A stretch of DNA of 64,000 bases from Nitrososphaeria archaeon (GCA_029775855.1 JARVJZ010000001.1:96001-160000), one strand, 5' to 3'. Shown: positions 1 to 9,713, numbered from the stretch's first letter. Notes: generated by a model not told the origin, from the sequence alone. Translations and numbers: made by a program.

Positions 1-354
1 GTAATATATGTGCCTGAAAGAAGGTTAGATAAACAAAAGATAGATAAGAAAGTGGTCGAGTACTTCAAACCATACGCACTCGAAGCCTTCAGAATAGCGT
101 CAGAAGGAAGATACTTCGAAGCACTAACCATAAACGGGTTAATCTACTCAGCAGCCCTAAACTTCACCGTAACAGTCGCTACAGAAGCCATAAAACACGG
201 TGCATTAGCAGCAGGTCTCTCAGGCACAGGCCCAGCGGTAGCTGCGCTATGCAAAAGCGAACATGTCAATGAGGTAGCCGAGGTGATGCGAAACTTTGAT
301 GGTAGAGTTATCTTAGCGAAGGTCAATAACGAGGGCGCTAGGGTGTTGGTGTAG
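1..354 (+). CDS. aroK: Archaeal (GHMP-family) shikimate kinase, C-terminal part (truncated by window edge)
   Basis: GALAAGLSGTGPAV GHMP C-terminal motif; directly upstream of aroA/aroC. Confidence 0.85.
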   Translation, partial: VIYVPERRLDKQKIDKKVVEYFKPYALEAFRIASEGRYFEALTINGLIYSAALNFTVTVATEAIKHGALAAGLSGTGPAVAALCKSEHVNEVAEVMRNFDGRVILAKVNNEGARVLV

Positions 355-1646
355 TGGTTAAAGTAAGGGTTTATCCATCGCGTGTGGATGGAGTGATTAA
401 CGCTCCTCCTAGTAAGAGCTATACACATAGAGCGATTATACTGGCGGCTCTCAGCGAGGGTTCTTCAAAGATAGTTAGACCCCTACTGGCTAGAGACACA
501 AAAGCTACTATAAGTGCGGTTGAAGCGTTAGGCGCCAAAGTTATACAAGGAGAAACTGCCTTAATAGTAAAGGGCTTAGATGTTCCACAAACCCCAGAGG
601 ATGTAATAAACGCTGAAAACTCGGGCACAACAATTAGAATAATGACCTCTGTCTCAGCACTTACACCTCAAGGCTACACGGTGCTGACAGGAGATAGCAG
701 TCTAAGGAGTAGACCTATGCAGCCTCTTCTAACAGCCCTAACGGATCTTGGTGTAAAATGCTGGTCAAGTAGGCTCAACGGCAAACCTCCTATCGTTGTG
801 CAAGGTGGAGGGATAAAAGGTGGAGTGGTATCGCTGAGAGGAGATATCTCATCGCAATTCATCTCATCTCTGCTAATCTCCACACCCAAAGCAGAAAACG
901 ACACAACCATAAAGGTAGTAGGGAAGATCGTTTCAAAACCCTACATAGATGCTACAATCTTCACCATAAACCAATTTGGAGGAAGCGTAGCGAACCCTGA
1001 AATAGGCATCTATCATATAAAACAAGGGCAAAAATACACACCCACTGAAGTAAGTGTGCCAGGAGACTTTAGTTCAGCATCATTTATATTAGCCTCAGCA
1101 GCCCTCACGGGTGGAGAAGTGGAAGTCAAGTCCCTATCAACTAACCGGCCTCAAGCAGACAGAGCAATCATAGACATTCTAAAAGATCTCGGGGCAGAAG
1201 TAGAGTTGAAAAGAAGTGAAGAAGCTGTTCGAGTAAAAGGGCCAAAAGGGCTGCTCAAAGGCGGAATATACGACTTAACAGACTCACCAGACCTTTTACC
1301 TGTGTTAGCGGTCCTAGGCTTAAGATGCAAAGATGGCATAGAAGTGAGAGGTGTAGCCCACGCCAGATACAAAGAAACGGATAGAATAAGCGTTTTGGCA
1401 GAAGAATTGAGCAAAACTGGGGCGCTTATATCAACATACGAAGATGGGTTAAAGATCAAAGCCGGCACATTTAAACACTGCATACTCGATGCTAGAGGAG
1501 ACCACCGCATGTTTATGGCATTCTGCCTCGCGGGATTAATCTCATCTGATGGTTGCGAGGTTATAGGCGCTGAAAGTGTAGATGTCTCCTACCCCAATTT
1601 CATAGATGATATGAAGAGGATAGGCGCGTTAATGGAAGTGAAGTAG
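354..1646 (+). CDS. aroA: 3-phosphoshikimate 1-carboxyvinyltransferase (EPSP synthase)
   Basis: PPSKSYTHRA, NSGTTIR, SSQFISSLL, KETDRI and DHRMFMA motifs. Confidence 0.97.
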   Translation: MVKVRVYPSRVDGVINAPPSKSYTHRAIILAALSEGSSKIVRPLLARDTKATISAVEALGAKVIQGETALIVKGLDVPQTPEDVINAENSGTTIRIMTSVSALTPQGYTVLTGDSSLRSRPMQPLLTALTDLGVKCWSSRLNGKPPIVVQGGGIKGGVVSLRGDISSQFISSLLISTPKAENDTTIKVVGKIVSKPYIDATIFTINQFGGSVANPEIGIYHIKQGQKYTPTEVSVPGDFSSASFILASAALTGGEVEVKSLSTNRPQADRAIIDILKDLGAEVELKRSEEAVRVKGPKGLLKGGIYDLTDSPDLLPVLAVLGLRCKDGIEVRGVAHARYKETDRISVLAEELSKTGALISTYEDGLKIKAGTFKHCILDARGDHRMFMAFCLAGLISSDGCEVIGAESVDVSYPNFIDDMKRIGALMEVK

Positions 1647-1647
1647 A

Positions 1648-2745
1648 TTGCCAGCCAACCTACTAGGCGAACGCTTCGCCGTTATGAGCTTCGGTGAAAG
1701 CCACGGAAAGTGTGTAGGCGTAGTTATTGACGGTTGCCCAGCAGGCTTACCCATAAAGCTAGAGGATATCCAGAGAGAAGTAGATCTAAGAAGACCAACC
1801 AGCATAATATCAACAACACGCGCAGAACCAGACCAAGTTGATATACTATCAGGAGTATTCAACAACAGAACAACAGGTGCGCCAATATGCTTAGTAATCT
1901 GGAACCGAGATATTGACTCAAAACCGTACGAAGAGATTAAAGACACGCCTCGACCCGGACACGCAGACTACCCAGCCAGAGTAAAATATAGAGGGTTTGA
2001 AGACTATAGAGGTGGTGGACGCTTCTCAGCAAGAGTAACCGCTGGCTTCGTGATGGCTGGCGCTGTAGCTAAGATGTTGCTTCGAAGATGCATAGGTGTG
2101 CGCATAGTAGCGTATACAAAGGAGATAGGCGGTATAAGAGCCTCTGAGATGCCTTTAGATGAAATCGAAAAGCGCAGATACCTTAACGAAGTCAGATGCC
2201 CAGACGAAGAAGCGGCCTCTCACATGAAAGAGAAGATACTCGAAGCCAGAAAGCAGGAAGACAGCCTAGGAGGTGTAGTCGAATGCATCGTCGATGGGTT
2301 AAAAACCGGGATAGGCGAACCCATATTCAGCTCATTAGACAGCGAAATTAGCAAAGCCATATTTTCCATACCCGCGGTTAAAGGTGTAGAATTTGGATTA
2401 GGTTTCCAAGCAGCTAGAGTCAGAGGTTCAGAAGACAACGACGAATACGCAATAAAAGACGGCAAGATCGTAGCCTTAACCAACAGAGCAGGAGGAGTGT
2501 TAGGAGGATTATCAACAGGGATGCCGCTAATCTTCAGAGCAGCATTCAAACCACCCTCATCGATACCAAAAAAGCAGAAGACCGTAGACTTAAAATCAAT
2601 GCGTGAAGTAGAGCTCGTTGTCAAGGGTCGCCACGACCCTTGTGTGGTTCCTAGAGCTGTCCCCATCGTTGAGGCGGTAACAGCTATAGTGCTAGCAGAC
2701 CTAGCCCTTAGGGGAGGATACATACCACCTATCCTAGATGGGTGA
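1648..2745 (+). CDS. aroC: Chorismate synthase
   Basis: FGESHG, PRPGHAD, GGGRFSAR and GRHDPCVVPRA motifs. Confidence 0.97.
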   Translation: MPANLLGERFAVMSFGESHGKCVGVVIDGCPAGLPIKLEDIQREVDLRRPTSIISTTRAEPDQVDILSGVFNNRTTGAPICLVIWNRDIDSKPYEEIKDTPRPGHADYPARVKYRGFEDYRGGGRFSARVTAGFVMAGAVAKMLLRRCIGVRIVAYTKEIGGIRASEMPLDEIEKRRYLNEVRCPDEEAASHMKEKILEARKQEDSLGGVVECIVDGLKTGIGEPIFSSLDSEISKAIFSIPAVKGVEFGLGFQAARVRGSEDNDEYAIKDGKIVALTNRAGGVLGGLSTGMPLIFRAAFKPPSSIPKKQKTVDLKSMREVELVVKGRHDPCVVPRAVPIVEAVTAIVLADLALRGGYIPPILDG

Positions 2746-2751
2746 TGCTGA

Positions 2752-4137
2752 TTGAATCCAGAAGAAAGACTTAGGGAGATCAGAGAGCAGATTGCTGATA
2801 AAACACGCATAATAGTTGAAGAATTTTGCCAAAGGCTCATCTTGGCTAAAGAGGTGGCAGCCCTAAAGACGCAGCTCAACTTACCCATAGAAGATTATCA
2901 AATCGAAAAGAAACTAACCCAGCAGATCAGAAATATATGCGTCAAAAACAACATAGATCCAAAGCTTGGATTAAAGCTGCTTAACATACTTATATCCGCA
3001 TCAATCTCTATACAGAAAGCAGCAACTAACAAACCGCTAATTACACCAACCACAATATTCGAAGAAACCAGAAGACTCGAAGAGCAAGGTGCGAAAATAA
3101 TACACTTAGAAGTAGGCGAACCAGACTTCGGACCACCACAAAGAGTCATAGACGCAACCATCAAAGCGCTTAAAGAAGGTAGAACACACTACACATCAAA
3201 GTATGGCATACCCGAACTAAGAAGAGCTTTAGCAAACCGACTAAGCGAAAGATGGCATACATCAATAGCACCCTATGAAACCATAGTCACACCAGGAGGA
3301 AGAGCTGCTTTAACGCTCGCTCTCTCTACTATACTAAATCAAGGTGACTCAGCTATAATATTTGAACCAGCGTGGCCAGCCTATAAAAATTGCGTGGAAT
3401 CACTTGGCTGTAGAGCTAGGGTTGTGAACACAACGATGGAGAATGATTGGCAACCAGAGGTAAGTCAAATAGAGGACCTAATAGATGAGACAACGAAGGT
3501 TATACTCGTAAACTCCCCTTGCAACCCCACAGGCAAAGTTTTAAGCAGAAAAGTCCTCAAATCGATAATAAACATAGCAGCTAAACATAACATAACCATA
3601 GTTAGCGATGAAGCATACACAGAATTCTCCTACAGAAACCGATACAGCCTACTCCAAGAAGACTGCAGAAAAATCGTCTTAGGCACATTCTCAAAAGCCT
3701 GGGGCATGACAGGCTTCAGACTAGGCTACATAATAGCACCAAAAGAAATATGCGATGCTATCTCTGAAATAGCTGGAGAATTCTACACTTCAGTGCCAGA
3801 ACCAATACAAGTCGCTGGTTTAACAGCACTAGAATGCTTCAACGAAGTAGACAAATATGTAGCGTTAATGAAAAGACGGCTTGAAACGGTTTTAACTCTT
3901 TTAAAACCTCTACCAATCACCTTCAAAGAACCTGATGGAGCCTTCTACATATTCTTCAAACTCAAAGATCCGATTAGTGGAGAAGAATTCGTTGAACAAC
4001 TACTAAAAAAACACCATGTAGCTCTAACTCCTGGCTCTAGCTTCGGAAGATACCAATCCTTCGTAAGATTCTCATTCTGCAGACCAGAAGAGGAGCTGCG
4101 TGAAGGTGTGGCAAGGATGCGTGAGTTTCTGCTGTGA
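2752..4137 (+). CDS. Chorismate mutase (AroQ-type) fused to a class I/II PLP aminotransferase
   Basis: N-terminal ~90 aa helical AroQ pattern (LREIREQI...QRL...LKTQLNLPIED); then GEPDF, NSPCNPTG, SDEAY, TFSKAWGMTGFRLGY. Confidence 0.85.
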   Translation: MNPEERLREIREQIADKTRIIVEEFCQRLILAKEVAALKTQLNLPIEDYQIEKKLTQQIRNICVKNNIDPKLGLKLLNILISASISIQKAATNKPLITPTTIFEETRRLEEQGAKIIHLEVGEPDFGPPQRVIDATIKALKEGRTHYTSKYGIPELRRALANRLSERWHTSIAPYETIVTPGGRAALTLALSTILNQGDSAIIFEPAWPAYKNCVESLGCRARVVNTTMENDWQPEVSQIEDLIDETTKVILVNSPCNPTGKVLSRKVLKSIINIAAKHNITIVSDEAYTEFSYRNRYSLLQEDCRKIVLGTFSKAWGMTGFRLGYIIAPKEICDAISEIAGEFYTSVPEPIQVAGLTALECFNEVDKYVALMKRRLETVLTLLKPLPITFKEPDGAFYIFFKLKDPISGEEFVEQLLKKHHVALTPGSSFGRYQSFVRFSFCRPEEELREGVARMREFLL

Positions 4138-4991
4138 ATATAGCAATAATAGGCGCAGCCGGCAACATGGGTAAATGGTTCACTTCATACTTCGTTAAAG
4201 CTGGAAACAAAGTCAAAATCTATGATGTAAATAAAGAGGCATCAGAAGCATTAGCTAAAGAGGCTGGAGTTGAGCACACAACTACACTGCATCAATGCAT
4301 AAACAAATCCGACATACTCTTAGTCTCAACACCAATCGATGTAACACCAAAAATAATAGCAAAAATCGGAAAGATAACAAAACAAAGCGCACTACTAGTC
4401 GAAATCACATCCATAAAGGCACAAGTAATGCCTGCTCTAAAACGCTTAAAGAAGCACATCACCCCCCTCTCACTGCACCCATTATTTGGACCAGGATTAA
4501 CTGATCTAAAGTTTGGACGCATGATCGTAGTTAAAGTAAACGATGTTAAGCGTGAAGTCGAGCTTGCAAGGATGCTCTTCCCAGAAGCAAAGCTCACTTC
4601 TTGCACTCTAAAAGAGCACGACAAGATGGTTGCATATTCACTAACTCTACCCTACTTTATGAACCTAGCTTATGGTTTGTCAATACTAAACCTCAATATA
4701 GCAGATTTACGGCAGCACGCTGGAACCACTCTCTCCCTACAGCTCGACTTACTCGAAGGTATAATTCAAGGCAGTAAACACCTTATACCTACAATCTTAG
4801 CCGAAAACCCCTATTCATTAAAGGTAACTAACAAATATTTCAAAGCACTTAAAACCATAAGCGAAAATCTCAACAAGGAAAAAGAGTTAAAGAAGATTCT
4901 GTTAAAACTAGAAAAACATCTATCTTCAGACCCAAACTATCAAAGAGCCTACCAAACCCTCTACGACTTAACAAAAAAGAAATCTTGTTGA
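4134..4991 (+). CDS. tyrA: Prephenate/arogenate dehydrogenase
   Basis: IIGAAGNMG Rossmann fold, EITSIK, SLHPLFGP, EHDKMVA; end of the aro operon. Confidence 0.9.
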   Translation: MNIAIIGAAGNMGKWFTSYFVKAGNKVKIYDVNKEASEALAKEAGVEHTTTLHQCINKSDILLVSTPIDVTPKIIAKIGKITKQSALLVEITSIKAQVMPALKRLKKHITPLSLHPLFGPGLTDLKFGRMIVVKVNDVKREVELARMLFPEAKLTSCTLKEHDKMVAYSLTLPYFMNLAYGLSILNLNIADLRQHAGTTLSLQLDLLEGIIQGSKHLIPTILAENPYSLKVTNKYFKALKTISENLNKEKELKKILLKLEKHLSSDPNYQRAYQTLYDLTKKKSC

Positions 4992-5015
4992 ATTAACATT
5001 AAGATAGTATGAAAT

Positions 5016-5327
5016 TTATAGATGAAGCCCGAAAGATTGAGCAAACTCTTCGAAACGAGAGTATGCTATAAGGAATTGACGCCCTTGATCACTTATTCGA
5101 TACCTAACACCTCTCTCAGCATTAATCTCCTCTATGAGTCCACATCTAACCAAGTCATTCAATAAACGGCTTAAGCGTGAGTAAGATATATTACCCTTTC
5201 TAAGAAGAGTTGTTATACCAACACCTTTAGACTCTATGTCAGAGTCTTTAGCAATCGTAAGTATGTCAACAACTATCCTTAGAGAGTTTCTATAAACCAC
5301 CTTAAACAACCCCCCTCCGTGAGGCAA
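5016..5327 (-). CDS. Winged helix-turn-helix DNA-binding protein
   Basis: YRNSLRIVVDIL...ITTLLRKGNISYSRLSRLLNDLVRCGLI...YRISDQGRQFL, typical archaeal wHTH. Confidence 0.85.
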   Translation of the reverse strand: MPHGGGLFKVVYRNSLRIVVDILTIAKDSDIESKGVGITTLLRKGNISYSRLSRLLNDLVRCGLIEEINAERGVRYRISDQGRQFLIAYSRFEEFAQSFGLHL

Positions 5328-5937
5328 ACTTAACTATCGGAACAAAAAGTGTCGACAGCCCAATCACCTTAAGAATAAGAGAAGACGAATACCAGAAAGG
5401 CCAAGATAACTCAACATAGCTTAGCCACTTCGCAAGCTCGCTTACCGCTAGAAATATAAGGCCAAGAGATAACACTAAAGTCTCAGCCCTCCTTGTTTTC
5501 ACATAAGCTATAGCCGTCTCCAATGACCCATAAATAAGTAGGTAAAAAGAAATAGACTTCAAAGCAGCTGAAATTTGAATAACAGGCATACTGAGGGGAA
5601 GAAGCAATGGCATAACCAAAGCTCGTTGAGATGCTCTAACGTTAAGTATATGAGAGAAGGCTAAGAAAAAGAAGCCTACAGCTTGCAAGAAACTTGAGGC
5701 AACGGTAAAGAAGCTTGATGCAAGCGCAAATATGGGTATTAAACTAACATAGCTAAATACAGCCAAAGCTTCGAACGTGAAACCTAAGAAGAGAAAAATA
5801 AACGCAGAAGTAAGGCGTAGTAAAGCTGGGCTACCTGTTTCTCTATACCCAGCTAGCGCTATGTAGCCTATCGTTAGCCCTATCAGCGCCCCAATTAAAG
5901 CCAAGACTCCATCAACAATAAATAATGTAGATGACAA
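5302..5937 (-). CDS. Multi-pass membrane protein with an internal repeat
   Basis: 6-7 hydrophobic segments; repeated motif GYRETGSPALLRL / AYVKTRRAETLVL; overlaps the wHTH gene. Confidence 0.75.
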   Translation of the reverse strand: MSSTLFIVDGVLALIGALIGLTIGYIALAGYRETGSPALLRLTSAFIFLFLGFTFEALAVFSYVSLIPIFALASSFFTVASSFLQAVGFFFLAFSHILNVRASQRALVMPLLLPLSMPVIQISAALKSISFYLLIYGSLETAIAYVKTRRAETLVLSLGLIFLAVSELAKWLSYVELSWPFWYSSSLILKVIGLSTLFVPIVKFASRRGVV

Positions 5938-6079
5938 GGCTATCTAGGCTCCACCTTCTTTGATAATAAGAGGCAATATTAAAGTCTTCTCTGCCTATCA
6001 ATCTAGACAAACAGCTAAATCTCTTCATCAACCACCTCTAAAATTTTTATACCCTTTTGTCCTAATCACAGATAGGAAG

Positions 6080-6139
6080 ATGGTGTCGGAAGAAGATTAC
6101 TTTACCACTACCAACGAAGTATTAGCGCCGGTGATGTGA
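6080..6139 (+). CDS. Putative 19-aa upstream ORF (MVSEEDYFTTTNEVLAPVM) overlapping the aIF1 start
   Basis: ATG 6080 lies ~30 nt after a TTTTATA box (6045-6051); its TGA (6137-6139) overlaps the aIF1 ATG (6139). Confidence 0.35.
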   Translation: MVSEEDYFTTTNEVLAPVM

Positions 6140-6447
6140 TGGCTGAAACATGTAGTAAATGTGGACTCCCACGAGATCTTTGTGTCTGCGAAGAACTTAA
6201 CAAAGAAGAAAGTAGGATAATCATCAGGTTAGAGATGCGGCGCTTCCGCAAACCTACTACGATGATAGAAGGACTTAATCTGAAGCGAGCAGAGCTTGAG
6301 AAGATTGCGCAAAACCTCAAAACTAAGTTAGCCTGCGGTGGTACAGCTAAAGATGGATATGTGCTCTTACAAGGAGATCATCGAGAGTCGGTCAAAGAAG
6401 AATTGATAAACATGGGATTTAACAAATCGTCTATAGAAGTGCAGTAG
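6136..6447 (+). CDS. sui1: Translation initiation factor aIF1 (SUI1/YciH); probable start ATG 6139
   Basis: CSKCGLPRDLCVC zinc knuckle; LKTKLACGGT and LQGDHR SUI1 motifs; GGTGA SD-like element. Confidence 0.95.
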   Translation: MMAETCSKCGLPRDLCVCEELNKEESRIIIRLEMRRFRKPTTMIEGLNLKRAELEKIAQNLKTKLACGGTAKDGYVLLQGDHRESVKEELINMGFNKSSIEVQ

Positions 6448-6659
6448 TGAATAATTTGAAGGATGGAGATAAAGTAGAGCGTCTGGTTAGGAGATCACCT
6501 ACTAGTCTACCGCCTAAACTATGCCCTAATTGCCTTAAGCCGCTTAAACCTCTGTCTCAACTTAGTGGTTGGTTTACTCCAGAGTATTATTATTGTGATG
6601 GCTGTGGTTATTCAGGTGCTGTAGCGCTCGAGTCAGTTAAAGATGAAGATAATGATTAG
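6447..6659 (+). CDS. Small zinc-ribbon protein
   Basis: CPNC...YYCDGCGYSG. Confidence 0.75.
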   Translation: MNNLKDGDKVERLVRRSPTSLPPKLCPNCLKPLKPLSQLSGWFTPEYYYCDGCGYSGAVALESVKDEDND

Positions 6660-6662
6660 TCT

Positions 6663-7640
6663 ATGTCTTTGCTTAAAATCATCCAATTTTGTGTGAAGAT
6701 AGTTTTTTTAGCCCAGTTGATAATCTTCCTACTCCTTTTTACTTTATCCTTTCCGCTAGGCGTCTACGTCGCTTTAACATTCTTCGGTAGTGGGTCAGAG
6801 CATACTCTACAGACGATTCCCTTTTTTATCTTTGGTTTGGCTTTGCCGATTAAAGTTCAGGTTGATGCGCTTACGCTCCTCTTTTATCTTATAGCTCTCT
6901 ACCTCTTTTTTGTCTATATAGCTGCAAAATCTCCTCTCGAAAATCCAATACAAGCATTTAGATCAATATACCATAAAGGCATCATTTTTGTTCAAACTAA
7001 TACCCTAGCTACTGTATGTACAGTTTTCGCTCCTCTGCTTCTTGTAAACGTTGTTTTAGAATACGTGCAAACTATCTTTGGTGTATCAACAGGTTCGCTT
7101 CCAAGGGGTGAACCTTTGCTTGACTTTGTTTTGCTTACATATGCTCCTTTGTCTGAGGAGTTTGGGTTTAGGTTAACGTTAATTGGTTTTGCTGCCTCGT
7201 TGATTCCTTTGTACTATGGGGACTTTAAGAGTGCTCTTTATTCTCTTTGGCGTCCATCAGCCTATTTTAGTTATAGGAATCTGAGGGTTAAGTCTTTGTT
7301 AAATTCTTTAATAGTCTTTTCAGCTTTTATGTTTAGCTCGGCGCATGTTATTTATGGTGGGGGATGGGAGTTTGGGAAGATTATACCCTCATTTGTTGCT
7401 GGTTTATGTTTAGGTTGGCTCTATGTGAGATGGGGTTTCCACGCAGCAGTTTTGCTTCATCTGCTCTTTAACTACTTTGCCGGCTCCTTCGACTATTTTG
7501 CAGAACTTGTTGCCTCATCTTCTATTTTGGATTTTGTCTCGTTTACAGTGTATTCGCTAGGTGTTATAGTGCTTATTTGGCTTGCTCTAAAGGTGTTAAG
7601 CATACGTCTCATAGGCGATAAGGAAGGATTAAATTGGTAG
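6663..7640 (+). CDS. CPBP (Abi/CAAX) family intramembrane metalloprotease
   Basis: APLSEEFGFR, FSSAH and HLLFN motifs in a hydrophobic protein. Confidence 0.9.
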   Translation: MSLLKIIQFCVKIVFLAQLIIFLLLFTLSFPLGVYVALTFFGSGSEHTLQTIPFFIFGLALPIKVQVDALTLLFYLIALYLFFVYIAAKSPLENPIQAFRSIYHKGIIFVQTNTLATVCTVFAPLLLVNVVLEYVQTIFGVSTGSLPRGEPLLDFVLLTYAPLSEEFGFRLTLIGFAASLIPLYYGDFKSALYSLWRPSAYFSYRNLRVKSLLNSLIVFSAFMFSSAHVIYGGGWEFGKIIPSFVAGLCLGWLYVRWGFHAAVLLHLLFNYFAGSFDYFAELVASSSILDFVSFTVYSLGVIVLIWLALKVLSIRLIGDKEGLNW

Positions 7641-8194
7641 AATTGGATGGGCTACTGTGGCTGGGTTTGTGCATCCTAGGGAAGGATAAACTATTAACCT
7701 TAATTGAAGAAAATAAGTGTATTTACCCATTCGACATGGCTCTTCTAGATGGAGACGGTTACATTCTAACAGTTAAGGAGGAAACCACTCTGAACTATCT
7801 AGAGCACAAGAATCTTATATCATACGAGATCATCTTCACACCGCCAAATATCGTAGCCCATTTGACAGCAAAGAGTAAATACGGTAGAATGGGTTTATCG
7901 TTCCTAAACGCTGCTAAAGTTCACAGCGGCTTTATAGGCAGACTTGCACTCGAATTAGTAAATCTAAATAATAACAGAGCACCTATTACTATAAAGAGAG
8001 GCGACCCGCTTATGCATATAGAGTTTATGACACGAGAAGGTTCACCTTCCCCCTACACAGGAGACTACCTCTTTCAATACATGACTGATGAAGAAGTGTC
8101 AATCTATCTGGATTTAATAAGCAAGAAGTTCGCAGAACTATTTCCTCCAGGCTTCTTGGAGAAGAGGGCTAAGAACCGAGTTATGAGCTTGTGA
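7634..8194 (+). CDS. dCTP deaminase/trimeric dUTPase-superfamily protein (divergent); true start possibly TTG ~7667
   Basis: AKSKYGRMG...VHSGFIGRLALELVN...ITIKRGDPLMHIEF...PYTGDY resembles the Dcd fold. Confidence 0.75.
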   Translation: MVELDGLLWLGLCILGKDKLLTLIEENKCIYPFDMALLDGDGYILTVKEETTLNYLEHKNLISYEIIFTPPNIVAHLTAKSKYGRMGLSFLNAAKVHSGFIGRLALELVNLNNNRAPITIKRGDPLMHIEFMTREGSPSPYTGDYLFQYMTDEEVSIYLDLISKKFAELFPPGFLEKRAKNRVMSL

Positions 8195-8215
8195 AAGTTA
8201 AACAAAATAAAGACG

Positions 8216-8758
8216 GTGCTTAAAATGGTTAAATCTGAACGCAACAGCGGCCCCTTAAGCGGCAAACAGCACACCCTTTTAGTATCAAGGCTTGCATCAG
8301 AGTTGCAGAAGAGCATCAACACTGGGCTCGCTTCAACTAAGATTATGAAGCAAATAGATGAATTAGTAAAATCTAATCTTGAACGAAAAATGAAAGGCAT
8401 ACTTAGGAAACTCGATAGGCTTCTAAGCAGTAATTCTACATCTAAATTTGGAGACTCAATAGGCTTACTATATGTCAAGATCGTATCTCTTCAAGAGTTG
8501 ATAAGAAGCGGTGATGAGGGTTATACGCTTAGCTGCTCACCTAAGGGGCGTGTTAAGACCTCGGTAATTAAAGACCTTTTAAAGTTAGATGAAGAGATCG
8601 CCTACTTCAGCAACGCGTTATACAACTCTATTCCTCAGAAAAATACACTTAAAGATGATACGCTGCGTGAAGTAGAGAATATCGTTGAAGACCTATATCA
8701 TCTTCTGAGTAAAAGGCAGCAATTTTTAGCTGCGATGAAGAAAGCTGCTAGAGGTTAA
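8216..8758 (+). CDS. Hypothetical helical protein
   Basis: 180-aa ORF continuing the operon; no recognisable motif. Confidence 0.65.
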   Translation: MLKMVKSERNSGPLSGKQHTLLVSRLASELQKSINTGLASTKIMKQIDELVKSNLERKMKGILRKLDRLLSSNSTSKFGDSIGLLYVKIVSLQELIRSGDEGYTLSCSPKGRVKTSVIKDLLKLDEEIAYFSNALYNSIPQKNTLKDDTLREVENIVEDLYHLLSKRQQFLAAMKKAARG

Positions 8759-9713
8759 GCGCTGCTTTAAGACCTTTGTATCTATTTCTTATAGTAACTT
8801 CAGTTACACCAGCAGCCTCAGCTACATCCTTCTGCGTCTTATTTTCGCCTTCTAGCACACACGCCACATATAAAGCTGCTGCAGCTAACCCCATCGGATC
8901 TTTGCCAGCTGAGGTTCTTGTTTCCGCGGCTTTTCGAAGTATTTCAAGCGCTTTTCTCTTTGTCTTCTCTGACAAACCAGCCTTACTCGCTATCCTTGAG
9001 ACACATTTAGTTGGATCTACGACAGGCATCTTAAGATCCATTTCGCGCAGTAGAAGCCTATAGCATCTCGCAATATCTTTCTTCTTCACATTACTTACTT
9101 GCGCAACATCTTTAAGTGTTCTCGGCGTCTCGGTATCTCGGCAAGCAGCATATAAAGCAGCTGCTATTAGGGCTGAGATGGATCTACCTCTAACCAGCCC
9201 TTTCTCTAACGCTTTTCTGTATATGTACGCCGCTTTTTCTATTACAGCGTCGCTTACACTCAGCTTATCCGCTAGTCTGTCAAGTTCACTAAAGGCTTGC
9301 CTAAGGTTACGGTCTATAGGCTCATGCACTTGACTCCTACCATCCCAAGTTCTAAGCCTCTCAATCGTAGCCTTCATAGATGCTGGCAGAGCTTTGCCTG
9401 ATGCGTCCCTATCCTCCACTCCTATCATCGTAGCTAGACCCATATCGTGCATAGCGAGGGAGGATGGCACACCCGCCCTACTTCGATTCTCCTTCTCCTC
9501 CTTTGAGAAGGCTCTCCATTCAGGCCCTAGCTCTTCTATCTTTTCTTTGACGACGTAGCCGCAGTTGCTGCAGAATAATTCGCCGCCAGCAGTATCCATT
9601 ACCATCGGTCCTTTCCCGCATCTTGGGCATCTGTCTACAGACTGCCGTAGCCTATATAAGTTTGCATACTCTTTGTTTTCACTCATTTTTTCACCAGAAA
9701 ACTTTTTATCCAA
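8748..9713 (-). CDS. tfb: Transcription initiation factor IIB (TFB), canonical copy
   Basis: CPRC..CSNCG Zn ribbon, GPEWRAF B-reader, two cyclin repeats, GVTEVTIRNRYK. Confidence 0.97.
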   Translation of the reverse strand: MDKKFSGEKMSENKEYANLYRLRQSVDRCPRCGKGPMVMDTAGGELFCSNCGYVVKEKIEELGPEWRAFSKEEKENRSRAGVPSSLAMHDMGLATMIGVEDRDASGKALPASMKATIERLRTWDGRSQVHEPIDRNLRQAFSELDRLADKLSVSDAVIEKAAYIYRKALEKGLVRGRSISALIAAALYAACRDTETPRTLKDVAQVSNVKKKDIARCYRLLLREMDLKMPVVDPTKCVSRIASKAGLSEKTKRKALEILRKAAETRTSAGKDPMGLAAAALYVACVLEGENKTQKDVAEAAGVTEVTIRNRYKGLKAALNL

